Source: an uncultured candidate division Zixibacteria bacterium | Lineage (GTDB): Bacteria > Zixibacteria > MSB-5A5 > GN15 > PGXB01 | Length of the DNA stretch: 64,000 bases | Reading direction: 5' to 3' | NCBI GenBank assembly: GCA_963702205.1 | Contig: OY969724.1 | Location: 1,056,001-1,120,000, forward strand | Part shown: positions 37,815-47,840 of the stretch, piece after piece | Layout: every line of letters starts with the position of its first letter | How positions within the stretch are numbered: position 1 is the stretch's first letter | The notes under the pieces: generated by a model | What the model was told of the DNA's origin: nothing | What the model saw: only the letters and a program-made list of their open reading frames with translations | Database searches by the model: none | Program-made: the position numbers and the translations under genes

Positions 37815-40800
37815 TTACGGGCATGCACCCGTATTGCCCGATATATGGGCTGTCCGGCTCCAGCTGTGTCCCTCCAACTGAGTCTGTAAATCAGTAGCGA
37901 AATTTTCGCACAGGCTGGCGTTGTCCTGTATGTACAGATCGTAAGTAAGGCTTTCCAGGTCATCCAGACCCAGCATGGTTAATGAGGGGTTGTCCTGAAT
38001 CATCAGCAAGCCCCCGATTGACGTGACGGACGCCAGTCCGCCAAGGTCCGCAATTTGGGCATTGTTGCGCACCCAGAGTGAGCCGCCGATGGAGCCGATG
38101 TTTGTCAGTGCATCCAATGATGTCAGATTGTCGTTATTGGTAATATCCAGAGAGCCACCGATCGAAGTGAACCCGCTCACGACGTCGATACTAGACAGGC
38201 CCGAATTGTTGACCAGCGCAAAGTCGCCGTTGATTGCATCGCTCAAGGCCGCGACACCGGCGAGCAAAGAAAGATCGGCCAGACCCGACGTATTGCGAAT
38301 ATAAATGTGGCGGCCTATGTGGGTCAGGACATCGAAACGCACCGAAGTCAGCGTCGACGTGTTGTCGATATTGAGATCGGCCCCGATGCTGGTTACCGAC
38401 CGAAAATCTATATCTGCAAGATTGATGTTGTTCTGAATGCGCAGATCGTTGGGTGCGGCCTGCAGGCTGGACATATCGAGGCAGGTAATCCCATTGCTTG
38501 TAAACCAGACCTGGCGGCCGACTATCTGAATGCCGCTCAAACCGTCGACGTTCTGCAATAAAGAGTTGCTGGTCACGTAAAGATGGCCATTGGCACCCAG
38601 CGCCGTAAGACCAGCCAAACCGTCGAGGTTTTGCAGATTATAGTTCCTGTCGATCTCGAGGCTTCCGCCGAGCGAAGTTAAAGAGCTCAGGTTGTCGAGA
38701 TGGTCGAGTTCGTTGTTTTCGCTGATAATGAGATTAAAGTCGATCGATGTCAGGTTGTCTAATCCATGTAAATTGTCCAATGAAATGTCACCCTCGATTA
38801 TCAGGTTGCCCGCAATCGTTGTGATCCCGTCGAGTGCCGAAAGATCGCTGAGTTCCGGATTGTCCTGGATTTCCAGACTGCCGTCGATTGAAGTCAGGTT
38901 GTCGAGCCCATCGACGTCCACGAGATTGGCATTGTCCAGGATATTGATTTCTCCGCCTACCGATTGCAGACTTCCAAACGTGAGGCTGGTCAAAGACGCA
39001 TTGTCATTGTCCTCGACGGCAAGAAAACCACCGACGGATTCAAGATTGGGTAATCCGAGGCTGGTCAGACCGGGGTTACCGTGGAAATCGACTGAACCAA
39101 TCTTGAGATAACCTCCGATCGAGACCAGATTATCCAGAGCCGCGAGCGAGCCAAGCACCGGGTTATCTATGATCTTGACATAGTCGTTGAGAGCTGTGGT
39201 GGCCTCGATACCATTGAGGTCTTCGAGCAGGCTGTTGCGGAAGATATCTATTGCCCCGGTGACCACAAGCGGCGTGGCAGCGGACGAACCGAATCCGAGG
39301 GTTGTCAGTGCCTGGTTCTGGTAGATTTGTAAGTCTTCAATACTGGCCAGCGACGTCAGTCCGGACAGGTCTTCAAGACCGGTATTGGATTCAATATACA
39401 GCGTGCCGACGTCTTCCAGAGTTGAGATATCAATTGTCACAAGACCCGGATTGCCACCGTAATAGCTGGTTCCGACTATGAGGGACGGCAGCGATGTGAT
39501 TGATGTCAGGTGAGACAGGGTCGTAAGCACCGCATTGTCGGTAATCGAGAGAGATTCGCCGACAGTGGTCAAAGTCCCAAGGCCGTCGAGGGAGGCAAGC
39601 AAGGCGTTGCCTCTTATTTCAACCTGGCCGGTCACCGACGCAAGATTATCGAGCCCGGTGAGACTTGTAAGCGCATCGTTGTTCGTAATCTCCAAACCGG
39701 CATCGTACTCACCAATGCCCAGCGATGTAATCTGCTCCAGCCCGGCCAGATTGGTAAGCGATGGATTGGTCTTGATGACCATGGAACCCGATATCGAGGT
39801 CACATTCCCGAGGCCGGAGATGCTTTGCAGAGCGGCGTTATTGATGACCTCGACAAACGCGCCGATTTCAGTGAGTCCGGATAATCCGTCGAGGTTTGTC
39901 AGAAGATCATTGCCCGTAATTTCGAGACTCTGACCGACAGTTGTAATACCGGACAAGCCGGTCACGTTTGTCAATGCATCGTTATTATATATTTCCAACC
40001 TTTCTCCAACCGAAGTGACTGATGCAAGACCCGTCAAATCAGTCAATGCCGTATTGCCAGTGATGATTAACGCCCCGCCGATCGTGGTCAAGCTGGTAAG
40101 CCCGTCGACATCCGCCAAATCTGAATAAATCAGCAGGTACCCGGTTATTCCGGTATATCCTGATATGGCCGCCATGTCGGCGGCGTCATTAATCGTATAG
40201 TTGCCGATCCAGATCGATGAACCGGTGACGGTCACCGTGTAATCCTGGGTGGAGGCATCCGCCGCCACGACGGTGTATGTGACTGCGGATGTAAAATTAT
40301 TGGGAGTGGTGCCGCTAACCTGCGTGGTCGCCCCGACCCGTACCGATGCACCGGTGGCCGTGAAGGTGGAGATTAAAGCCGTGACATCCGTCCCGTTGGA
40401 CACGCCGGCGGTGATCGCCGTTCCCACTATGGTTGCGACAACGTCGACCGACAGCGCCGCATTGTCAGCGGCCAGGAAGCTGAAGGCGGTGATCTCTTTG
40501 GAGCTCGATGCCTCTGTCACGGTCACCGTGTAATCCTGGGTGGAGGCATCCGCCGCCACGACGGTGTATGTGACTGCGGATGTAAAATCGTTGGGAGTGG
40601 CGCCGCTAACCTGCGTGGTTGCCCCGACCTTCACCGATGTTCCGGTAAGTGATAAAGTGGCGATCAAGGCAGTGACGTCGGTTCCATCGGGTACGGAAGC
40701 TGTTATCGATGTCCCGGCTATTGTTGCGACGACATCAACAGACAAAGCCGTATTGTCTGCGGCCAGAAAACTGAATGCGGTGATCGTTTTAGTCGAGGAG

Positions 40801-40892
40801 TCTCCTCCCGTCGAGCTATCGCTCCCTCCTCCACAACTGATTAAGATTTGTGACACAGCTATCAGCAACGAATAGCAGACAAATCTTTTCAT
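37815..40892 (-). CDS. Surface lipoprotein: two Ig-like (DUF5018-like) repeats plus a long receptor-L-domain/LRR solenoid
   Basis: Lipobox LISC, duplicated 97-aa unit 'ITAFSFLAADN...TYTVVAADASTQDYTVTVT', and many ~25-aa 'L..L..L..I.G.L.I..N..L' repeats. Confidence 0.88.
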   Translation of the reverse strand: MKRFVCYSLLIAVSQILISCGGGSDSSTGGDSSTKTITAFSFLAADNTALSVDVVATIAGTSITASVPDGTDVTALIATLSLTGTSVKVGATTQVSGATPNDFTSAVTYTVVAADASTQDYTVTVTEASSSKEITAFSFLAADNAALSVDVVATIVGTAITAGVSNGTDVTALISTFTATGASVRVGATTQVSGTTPNNFTSAVTYTVVAADASTQDYTVTVTGSSIWIGNYTINDAADMAAISGYTGITGYLLIYSDLADVDGLTSLTTIGGALIITGNTALTDLTGLASVTSVGERLEIYNNDALTNVTGLSGITTVGQSLEITGNDLLTNLDGLSGLTEIGAFVEVINNAALQSISGLGNVTSISGSMVIKTNPSLTNLAGLEQITSLGIGEYDAGLEITNNDALTSLTGLDNLASVTGQVEIRGNALLASLDGLGTLTTVGESLSITDNAVLTTLSHLTSITSLPSLIVGTSYYGGNPGLVTIDISTLEDVGTLYIESNTGLEDLSGLTSLASIEDLQIYQNQALTTLGFGSSAATPLVVTGAIDIFRNSLLEDLNGIEATTALNDYVKIIDNPVLGSLAALDNLVSIGGYLKIGSVDFHGNPGLTSLGLPNLESVGGFLAVEDNDNASLTSLTFGSLQSVGGEINILDNANLVDVDGLDNLTSIDGSLEIQDNPELSDLSALDGITTIAGNLIIEGDISLDNLHGLDNLTSIDFNLIISENNELDHLDNLSSLTSLGGSLEIDRNYNLQNLDGLAGLTALGANGHLYVTSNSLLQNVDGLSGIQIVGRQVWFTSNGITCLDMSSLQAAPNDLRIQNNINLADIDFRSVTSIGADLNIDNTSTLTSVRFDVLTHIGRHIYIRNTSGLADLSLLAGVAALSDAINGDFALVNNSGLSSIDVVSGFTSIGGSLDITNNDNLTSLDALTNIGSIGGSLWVRNNAQIADLGGLASVTSIGGLLMIQDNPSLTMLGLDDLESLTYDLYIQDNASLCENFATDLQTQLEGHSWSRTAHISGNTGACP
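40228..40790 (-). repeat. Intragenic tandem duplication, 291-bp period
   Basis: 40228-40297 is identical to 40519-40588; the remainder of the units is similar. Confidence 0.85.
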
Positions 40893-41233
40893 AGTGTCCT
40901 CCCAACCCGGAAGTGCCGGGCGTACAGTAATTTAGATTTTTAAAAGACAGGGCGGATAAGAATCGTCATTGGGTGTAATTCGCCCGTCAACATAGTTTAT
41001 TTTCCCTGCCAAACACAGTGGCGAAGACATAAGATCGCCAACTGGCTCCAATATAGGGTAAATAGAAAGAATACGCAAGCGTTTGGACCGGAGATTTTTC
41101 CCCAATCGTCACCGCACCTTAGAGTCTTGAGCAGTACAAAATGGTAGGCAGTAAAAATACCCGGTGATAATGATTGGCTTTAATTTCAGGATTGCCTAAA
41201 TGAATGAAATAATCAACACCCGTTTGTCAAGAT

Positions 41234-41800
41234 TCAGACTCTTAGCCAGCCACGAAAACCTCGGGCGGCATAGTACGAATCCGCTCCGTTGTGATACACA
41301 AAGACTGCATCATAGCGGCGGTCACAAAAAATAGCCCCACCGAGTTTTCTGATATTGTTGGGCGTTTTAATCCAGCTCGACGTTTTCAAATCGAAGCTCC
41401 CGAGTTTCTGAAGCTCCCGATATTGTTCTTCCGTTAAAAGCTCAACGCCCATAGCGGCGGTCATATCAACGGCGCTATTTTTTGGTTTGTGTTCTTTTCT
41501 TGATATCAGCGCTTCACGGTCGTAGCAGAGACTTCGGCGGCCTTTGGGGCTCTCCGCCGAACAATCGTAGAATATGAATTCGCCGGTCATTTTATCAAAA
41601 CCCACGACGTCCGGTTCGCCTCCGGTCGTTTCCATTTCATTGAGCGACCACAGTTTTTGGGTATTAGCTTCAAGTCGTGCCAGCACTTGATCCCACTTAA
41701 GGCCCATATGGCGATTCATATTTTGCTCAAAACGGGTTTTCAATGCTGAGAGCAGTGCATCGCGTTGTTTTGGTGATAATTCCTTTTTTGTATTGGTCAT
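41234..41800 (-). CDS. DUF4256-family protein
   Basis: RFEQNMNRH, METTGGEPDV, DCSAESPKGRRSLCYD, YHNGADSYYAARGFRG. Confidence 0.85.
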   Translation of the reverse strand: MTNTKKELSPKQRDALLSALKTRFEQNMNRHMGLKWDQVLARLEANTQKLWSLNEMETTGGEPDVVGFDKMTGEFIFYDCSAESPKGRRSLCYDREALISRKEHKPKNSAVDMTAAMGVELLTEEQYRELQKLGSFDLKTSSWIKTPNNIRKLGGAIFCDRRYDAVFVYHNGADSYYAARGFRGWLRV

Positions 41801-41817
41801 TTTGTTAATGCCTTTAT

Positions 41818-41906
41818 GTCACGCCCCAAGTGGGCGTGACCTACCGGTAATTTTGCCGTCAGGAGCCCGGGTGAAGAACTATGGTGAAAATAAAAGGCTC
41901 CTGACG
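41818..41906. repeat. GTAG- and CGTC-tagged REP-like palindromes
   Basis: GTCACGCCC-CAAGT-GGGCGTGAC-CTAC (41818-41844), and GTCAGGAGCC...GGCTCCTGAC (41857-41906). Confidence 0.65.
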
Positions 41907-41919
41907 ACTTTTGTATAGA

Positions 41920-43338
41920 TTATAATTCAATAAATCCTTTGAAGAAATTGTCCGGGTCCCATTTGGTCTTGACCTGTTTCAGGCGGATGTAGTTGGGACC
42001 ATAGGCTTTTTTCAGAGCATCCTGGCCTTCTTCACCAAACCCCGGGAAATTGAGATACTGGCCGACGTCCTTGATTTTGACGATGTCGTCATAAACGTTT
42101 TTCGCCCAGGTGATATTGGCTTCGTTGGCTTTGGGATCGAGCCAGTTGGCCTCGATACCGATCAGGTATTTCGACTCGCGTTGTGCGAAAGCCGTACTCG
42201 TTAGACCGGTGCGGCCGATTTTCCCACCGAGGGACCAGACATCGATTGACGACAGCGGCGACGGTCTCTCTGCCGCGCGTGCCACAATGGCGTCGATGGC
42301 GCGGTCATCGAGATCGCCCAGGTAGGCCGATTTCCAATAGTACTGACGACCATCGGGGTAGTCCGGGTCAAGAATCTGCTGAAGATCCACGAAGGGTGTT
42401 TCGGCGCTCAGGTCTGCAATCGGTTTGGCCATTGTGCGGAATGGGGCGAGTGCTCTCTCTCCGTCTTTGAGCGGACCGGCGTAATTACCGAAAAATATAA
42501 AAGCCGGCTGACCGCGATATTTTTTTGGTATAAATTCCTCGTCCGGCGCGGTCCAGAGAACGGCCACTACCATGAGTTCTTCCGCATCGTTTTCAATTTG
42601 CTCACGCATCAGCTTGAGGCCGTCTTTGGCGCAGTCGGCCGGGTATATGGTCAACAGGCCCCACATGGTCTGTCCGACGGGATGGGCCTGGAATTCAAAT
42701 GACGTGACAATCCCGAAATTGCCGCCGCCGCCTCGCAAAGCCCAGTAAAGATCTTCGTGCTGGTTTTTACTGGCCCGAACGATTTTGCCACGGGAGGTGA
42801 CCACTTCGGCGGCGAGAAGATTATCGCTGGCGAGGCCGTATTTGCGCGACAGACGCCCGTAACCGCCGTGCAGCGTCAACCCGGCCACGCCCGTCCTGGA
42901 GACCGCACCCAAAGGAACCGCCAGGCTGTGGTGCTGCGTTTCGCGGTCGACGTCGCCGAGGGTTGCCCCGCCGCCGACGGTCGCGATCTGTTTCACGGGA
43001 TCGACCGTAACCTGCCTCATGTCCGAAAGATCAATCATCAGACCTTTGTCGCAGACGGCCTTGCCGGTTACATGGTGGCCGCCGCTTCGGATGCTGAAAC
43101 GAAGGTGGTGCTTGCGGGCGAATTTTACGGCGGTCGCGACGTCATCGGTGTCCTTGCAGCACGCAATAAGTGCCGGTTTGCGGTCGATCATGCCGTTCCA
43201 GACGGCTCGCCGTTCGTCATAATCAGCATCATCGGTGCCCAGCACCGGGCCGTGCATGGCGTTTTTAAATAGTGTAACTTCGAATACCGGCAGCATCTGA
43301 TTTCCGGTGTTTTCGGTCAGGACGCTAATTTCTTCCAT
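41920..43338 (-). CDS. FAD-binding oxidoreductase (VAO/BBE family)
   Basis: RSGGH covalent-FAD motif, GLTLHGGYG, LYWALRGGGGNFGIVT, YLNF, KWDPDNFF. Confidence 0.93.
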   Translation of the reverse strand: MEEISVLTENTGNQMLPVFEVTLFKNAMHGPVLGTDDADYDERRAVWNGMIDRKPALIACCKDTDDVATAVKFARKHHLRFSIRSGGHHVTGKAVCDKGLMIDLSDMRQVTVDPVKQIATVGGGATLGDVDRETQHHSLAVPLGAVSRTGVAGLTLHGGYGRLSRKYGLASDNLLAAEVVTSRGKIVRASKNQHEDLYWALRGGGGNFGIVTSFEFQAHPVGQTMWGLLTIYPADCAKDGLKLMREQIENDAEELMVVAVLWTAPDEEFIPKKYRGQPAFIFFGNYAGPLKDGERALAPFRTMAKPIADLSAETPFVDLQQILDPDYPDGRQYYWKSAYLGDLDDRAIDAIVARAAERPSPLSSIDVWSLGGKIGRTGLTSTAFAQRESKYLIGIEANWLDPKANEANITWAKNVYDDIVKIKDVGQYLNFPGFGEEGQDALKKAYGPNYIRLKQVKTKWDPDNFFKGFIEL

Positions 43339-43596
43339 AACGTATCTCCTTTTACTGGCCGATTGTTTAATATCGCCGGGTTGTCTGTCGGGGGAGCCCC
43401 TGGGTCCAATAAAGGACTATATGCGTCTATAATATATAATAATACGCTTGAACCTTAAAATGGATTTGATGAAGACAAAATATAGGTTGGGGTATTTTTA
43501 TGGCCTTGAAGGTTGTAACTATATTGTCTATAATCGAATACAGGCAGATATAACCGAATCAGGTGACAACCGCTAATTTAGAGGTTTTATATAACT

Positions 43597-43811
43597 GTGC
43601 AAAGTCCGGGCAAAATACTGATTTTTTTCGGGGCGACGATGGTAATAATCGGGGTGGTCCTGCTGTTTTTCGACAAAATCCCGTTTCTGGGCAAACTCCC
43701 CGGCGATATTACGAAAAAGGCCGGAATTATTCCATCTATTTTCCGATTGTCACCTGCCTGCTGATTTCGATAATACTTACGATCCTGTTCAATCTGTTTT
43801 CAAGGAAATAG
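43597..43811 (+). CDS. DUF2905-family small membrane protein, frameshifted at about 43710
   Basis: GTG frame MQSPGKILIFFG...IPFLGKLPGDI continues in the -1 frame as YEKGRNYSIYFPIVTCLLISIILTILFNLFSRK. Confidence 0.8.
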
Positions 43812-43951
43812 GCGCATCCTAAGTGATACTGGCACAACGAATAATTGGCCTCGCCTGCATGCCGCATGGATGTTTTCTATGCTAAAGTCTGCCTCCCATT
43901 ACACCGATTTAATGGTTATCACGGGCATGTATCACTTTAAGGAGGAGACTC

Positions 43952-44488
43952 ATGGGCTCAATTCAACGAGAACCCGAAGGCCTCGGTGGCTGGCTGATTA
44001 TAGTTTGCCTCGGGCTGTTTTTTACGATCATAAGCATCACATCCCTTTTGAGCACGATCTATATTCCTTTCTTCTTTGACGGTACCTGGGAGATTCTCAC
44101 GACTCCGGGCTCGGAGGCCTATCATGAGCTCATTGGTCCGATCCTTATATATGAAATGGTCGGCAATACATTGATCATGCTGCTCGCTGGAATTCTGATC
44201 TTTCTGTTTTTCACCAAGTCGCCGGCTTTCCCGAAACTTGCCATTGTCTATTTTGCAGGCAGTCTGTTGTTTGTCGGACTCGATTTGGTTTTGGTCGGGC
44301 TCATTCCTGCCGTGGTGGCATCGGGCGGTACAAAAACGGCGCAGGCTTTGATTCGTTCCATGGTCGGCGCGGCCGTCTGGATTCCGTACATGCTCTTTTC
44401 GAAGCGGGTCAAGAATACGTTTGCAAAGCCGGATTCGCGCAGATTTCAAAGTCAGCCCCGCACGCCGCAATCGGCCGTGACGCCGTAG
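43952..44488 (+). CDS. DUF2569-like membrane protein
   Basis: GLGGWL N-terminus, 4 TM, WIPY...SKRVKNTF; AAGGAGG RBS. Confidence 0.82.
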   Translation: MGSIQREPEGLGGWLIIVCLGLFFTIISITSLLSTIYIPFFFDGTWEILTTPGSEAYHELIGPILIYEMVGNTLIMLLAGILIFLFFTKSPAFPKLAIVYFAGSLLFVGLDLVLVGLIPAVVASGGTKTAQALIRSMVGAAVWIPYMLFSKRVKNTFAKPDSRRFQSQPRTPQSAVTP

Positions 44489-44787
44489 ACGTCGATTTGT
44501 TTACCAGATATTCTCGACCCGCACGAAGTATATGGTATAGCTGTCGGCGTCGGAATACGCGGCACAATCATTGTGAATATCGAATGGCATTTACAGCCTC
44601 CGGGACATCCATTCTGGATTATTGACCCGGAAATAGGGCTATTCACATTTTAAATAGGTTTCCCGAATCTACATGAACGGATTTCTTTGCCTGTCGGACG
44701 AATCAGGCATTTGATTCGTACATAATTTAATTGAATAGAAGTCTTTCTCGGGTGTATATTATTATAACTATATGCCGGAGGTGAATT

Positions 44788-45165
44788 ATGCCGTATTGTC
44801 CGAATTGCCATTATGAATATACCGATGATGTCGACAAATGCCCGGATTGCGATGTCAAGCTTGTCCCGGAGATACCGGAAGATTTCGATGAAACCGTCTA
44901 TGAAAACTGGGTGCGCATCGCCCGGTTTCGCTCCGAACAATTCGCTCAGATGGTTCTTGAGACGCTTCGGTCCAAAGACATTCCGGCTGTCGTATTTTCA
45001 GGAGCCGGATATTTCGGAATGACCGGCCAGATGGGTCTGTCGTCTTTTTCTCCTATCGATGGCGCCTATTCACTTTTGGTGCCCGAGAAATATATCAAGG
45101 ATGCCGATTTCGAGGGAGAATCTCTCCTGGGTGACGAATGGGAAAAATCCAAAGTGCACGATTAA
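44788..45165 (+). CDS. Zinc-ribbon plus DUF2007-like putative signalling protein
   Basis: CPNC...CPDC, 'A.MV...L.S.DIP'; GGAGG RBS. Confidence 0.75.
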   Translation: MPYCPNCHYEYTDDVDKCPDCDVKLVPEIPEDFDETVYENWVRIARFRSEQFAQMVLETLRSKDIPAVVFSGAGYFGMTGQMGLSSFSPIDGAYSLLVPEKYIKDADFEGESLLGDEWEKSKVHD

Positions 45166-45180
45166 AAAATGCTGTAATCA

Positions 45181-45216
45181 AAAAAGCCCGGTCAGAACAA
45201 ACCGGGCTTTTTTTTA
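45181..45216. terminator. Bidirectional intrinsic terminator
   Basis: AAAAAGCCCGGT...ACCGGGCTTTTTTT between convergent genes. Confidence 0.85.
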
Positions 45217-45231
45217 TTGCGAGAAAAAGAA

Positions 45232-46584
45232 TCATTTCAACAGGATCATTTTTTTCGAGTCAACCTGATCTCCGGCCTGCAGGCGATAGAGATACACGCC
45301 CGACGCGACCAGTCGGCCGCCGTCGTCGGTAGCGTTCCAACTGACCGTATGGCCTCCCGCAATTTGCATGTCATCGACCAGGGTCCGCACCACCCGTCCG
45401 TTCATGTTTATAATCTCCAACGTAACGTGCCCTGCGGCCGAAAGAGTATAGTCAATTTTCGTATCCGGGTTAAACGGGTTGGGATAGTTCTGGCCGAGTT
45501 TGAAAGTTTCCGGGACCTGTGCGGTTTCATCTTTTGTAATGGAAGCGTCTGCATTCCAGGTCGGTGTCGCGGCTTTGCCATCGGCCGAAAGATATTGTTT
45601 CACGGCCATTTTAATTGAACATACGGAATCATCCAGAGTAATCCCCATCGCTTCCAGTTTGGCCTTAAGCTCGGTATCATCTGGATTAAGAATCGTTTGA
45701 TTGCCATTTTTATCAATGAAAACGCAGGAATCACCCCCCGCACAGGCGCCGAGGCCAACGCTGTCGATTGCCACAACCAGCTTGTGACTATCAGTGCAAA
45801 CCTGGGCGCACGAATCCTTCGCGTACCAAACGCCCCCGAAATTGCAGTTAGTCGTCAGCGAATCCAGACATTTCATCACGAAGTGGTTGACGTCGTCCTC
45901 GGAAACGGCCGACAGGTTACCCCCTGCGACTATTCCTTTGACGTAAATAACAAGCGGTTCGGACTTTCTGCCCTGAACTTCCTTAATGTCCCCCATAGTA
46001 CAATTTCCCAGCTTGTCGAAAGCAACCCGGAGGACTTTGATATCCTTTTCGCTGTTGAGGTCCGAAATCTTGAGGACGCACGTTTGATCGCAGTCGCCGA
46101 CCTCGTATGCGGCGTCGGACAAGCCCAGGGCCGAGAAAAGTTCACCCAGACGGGATTCATCGAGCGCCAGGTTTTTGTCGACCCCGGCGATGGCGACTTC
46201 GTAGCCGATGGTGTCATCGAATTTGAACGGCACCAGCGTCAGGAAACCCAGAAGAAACACGCCCAGAATCGAGAAGCTCAGTCTCGGTCGGCGCCAGAAT
46301 GTATTCGTCAGTTTTCTCATTATCGAAATCTCCCGGAAAATGGGAAGGCCGCGATTGTCCGCCGCTTCTTCCACTCTTGATTTAAGCTCTTTGAAAGAAA
46401 TCGTCTCGGTGCCGTCGTCGGCTTCGGCCAGTTTCAGGTCGCGGGCGAGCAGAAGTTCAGCGTGATAAAAGGCATCGCATTCGCGGCAGTCGGCCAAATG
46501 GCTTTCCATTTCGGGGATCGTTTCGATTCCCGCGCCGTTTCGGACGGCTTCGATTATTCTTCGCCGGGCTTCGTGACAATGCAT
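45232..46584 (-). CDS. Zinc-finger (zf-HC2/ZAS) anti-sigma factor fused to TM, Cys-rich region and FlgD-Ig/T9SS-like C-terminal domain
   Basis: MHCHEARR...HLADCREC (HxxxCxxC), single TM, QNYPNPFNP...SGVYLYRL...KKMILLK; overlaps the ECF sigma. Confidence 0.85.
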   Translation of the reverse strand: MHCHEARRRIIEAVRNGAGIETIPEMESHLADCRECDAFYHAELLLARDLKLAEADDGTETISFKELKSRVEEAADNRGLPIFREISIMRKLTNTFWRRPRLSFSILGVFLLGFLTLVPFKFDDTIGYEVAIAGVDKNLALDESRLGELFSALGLSDAAYEVGDCDQTCVLKISDLNSEKDIKVLRVAFDKLGNCTMGDIKEVQGRKSEPLVIYVKGIVAGGNLSAVSEDDVNHFVMKCLDSLTTNCNFGGVWYAKDSCAQVCTDSHKLVVAIDSVGLGACAGGDSCVFIDKNGNQTILNPDDTELKAKLEAMGITLDDSVCSIKMAVKQYLSADGKAATPTWNADASITKDETAQVPETFKLGQNYPNPFNPDTKIDYTLSAAGHVTLEIINMNGRVVRTLVDDMQIAGGHTVSWNATDDGGRLVASGVYLYRLQAGDQVDSKKMILLK

Positions 46585-47132
46585 ATTTCACCCTCACTTT
46601 TTATCGCGCGTTTACAACCTTTGTCGGTCGTTCCGGCCAGATAGGCCGCCAGTGTTCGGCGCATCACCGACCGGGCGCGACTCAATCGCACTTTAAGATT
46701 TCCTTCGGACTTGCCCGTCACCTCGCTCAACTGTCCGATCGGCCAGCCGTGGAGTTCATAAAGAGTCACCAGGGCGCGGTCGTACGGCGTCAGCGCCGCC
46801 AGGGCAAGTTTTATTCTTCGTTTGGCTGCGTGAGCGCTTTCGGGGCCGGGAATGGCCACGCTGTTGCGGCCATTTTCGGAAATTCTCAGCCACTTTCTAA
46901 GGCGCTCACGTCGGCAGCGACTTTTGAACCGGTTGATCATGATCCTGTAAAGCCAGGGTCGGAAAGCGTCGCGATTTACCAGTCTCTCGAATCCGGTCAG
47001 TGCACGCACCAACGAGTCCTGATATAAATCGTCGCCGTCGTCACGATCGGCCGTCAGCTTACGGCAGAAGGCTCGGGCTTTAAGATGCTCCGGTTCAAGC
47101 AGTTTCCAGAAAAGAGCTCTTTTATCGTTCAT
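46554..47132 (-). CDS. ECF RNA polymerase sigma factor
   Basis: DDLYQD, FRPWLYRIMIN, region 4 'GKSEGNLKVRLSRAR'. Confidence 0.92.
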   Translation of the reverse strand: MNDKRALFWKLLEPEHLKARAFCRKLTADRDDGDDLYQDSLVRALTGFERLVNRDAFRPWLYRIMINRFKSRCRRERLRKWLRISENGRNSVAIPGPESAHAAKRRIKLALAALTPYDRALVTLYELHGWPIGQLSEVTGKSEGNLKVRLSRARSVMRRTLAAYLAGTTDKGCKRAIKSEGEICIVTKPGEE

Positions 47133-47321
47133 CTGATCCTTAGACCCGCATTTACAATAAAAGTTACAATTTCACCCCGATTTTATAAAAGATATTATAA
47201 ACGGGCAGGGGCCGGAAGAATAATCAGGCAATCAAATTATCCTCTATTTCATGTTATCTTGTTATTATTTAATGACATATTGGCGATTTATAAAATTTGC
47301 AGCCTTTCTGAAACTTTTCCC

Positions 47322-47369
47322 TTGACGATTAAGTATATAAAGTATATACTGGGTATATACGATATATAC
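47322..47369 (+). promoter_or_regulatory. Sigma-70 promoter overlapped by two GntR/YtrA-type operators
   Basis: TTGACG-N17-TATACT. Perfect palindromes GTATATA-N3-TATATAC at 47333-47349 and 47353-47369. Confidence 0.8.
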
Positions 47370-47384
47370 AGTAATGGGAATATA

Positions 47385-47774
47385 ATGGGAAATATATTAA
47401 TTGTCATATCACAGACTAATCCCGACCCGCTCTATAAACAGGTTACCGACCAGATTAGGGACGCTATTGCCAAAGGCAATTTGCCCGCTAATATGAGGTT
47501 GCCCTCGATTCGGAATATGGCCGACGAGCTGAATATCAGCGCTATCACTATTAAGAGGGCGTATGCAAATCTGGAAAGCGAAGGATATATAATTACCCGC
47601 TCCGGTATGGGTTCTTTTGTGGCCGAGATTAACCGCGACCAGCTCAAAGAAAATGGGCTGAGTGAAATCCGCACCAATCTCGAGAAGATAGTTATCAAAG
47701 CCGCCAAATTCGGGATTTCCAAAGATGAGATAAAGGCGATCATCGACAATTGTGAGGAGGCCCGTCATGAATAG
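47385..47774 (+). CDS. GntR-family regulator, YtrA subfamily
   Basis: PLYKQV..QI, RLPSIR, TIKRAY.NLE.EG.I..R.G.GSFV; short C-terminus; start ATG 47385. Confidence 0.92.
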   Translation: MGNILIVISQTNPDPLYKQVTDQIRDAIAKGNLPANMRLPSIRNMADELNISAITIKRAYANLESEGYIITRSGMGSFVAEINRDQLKENGLSEIRTNLEKIVIKAAKFGISKDEIKAIIDNCEEARHE

Positions 47775-47840
47775 ATATATGAATTTGACCGGCGGTATGA
47801 CCGGCCTGAACTGCACCCATCATAACACGAGGCGATAATA

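Noticed and set aside
43829..43848. TGGCAC as a sigma-54 promoter before the DUF2569-like gene
   Set aside because: No TTGC at the required spacing.
47085..47384. 100-aa extension of the GntR ORF
   Set aside because: Covers the divergent promoter and operator region; the GntR domain begins at 47385.
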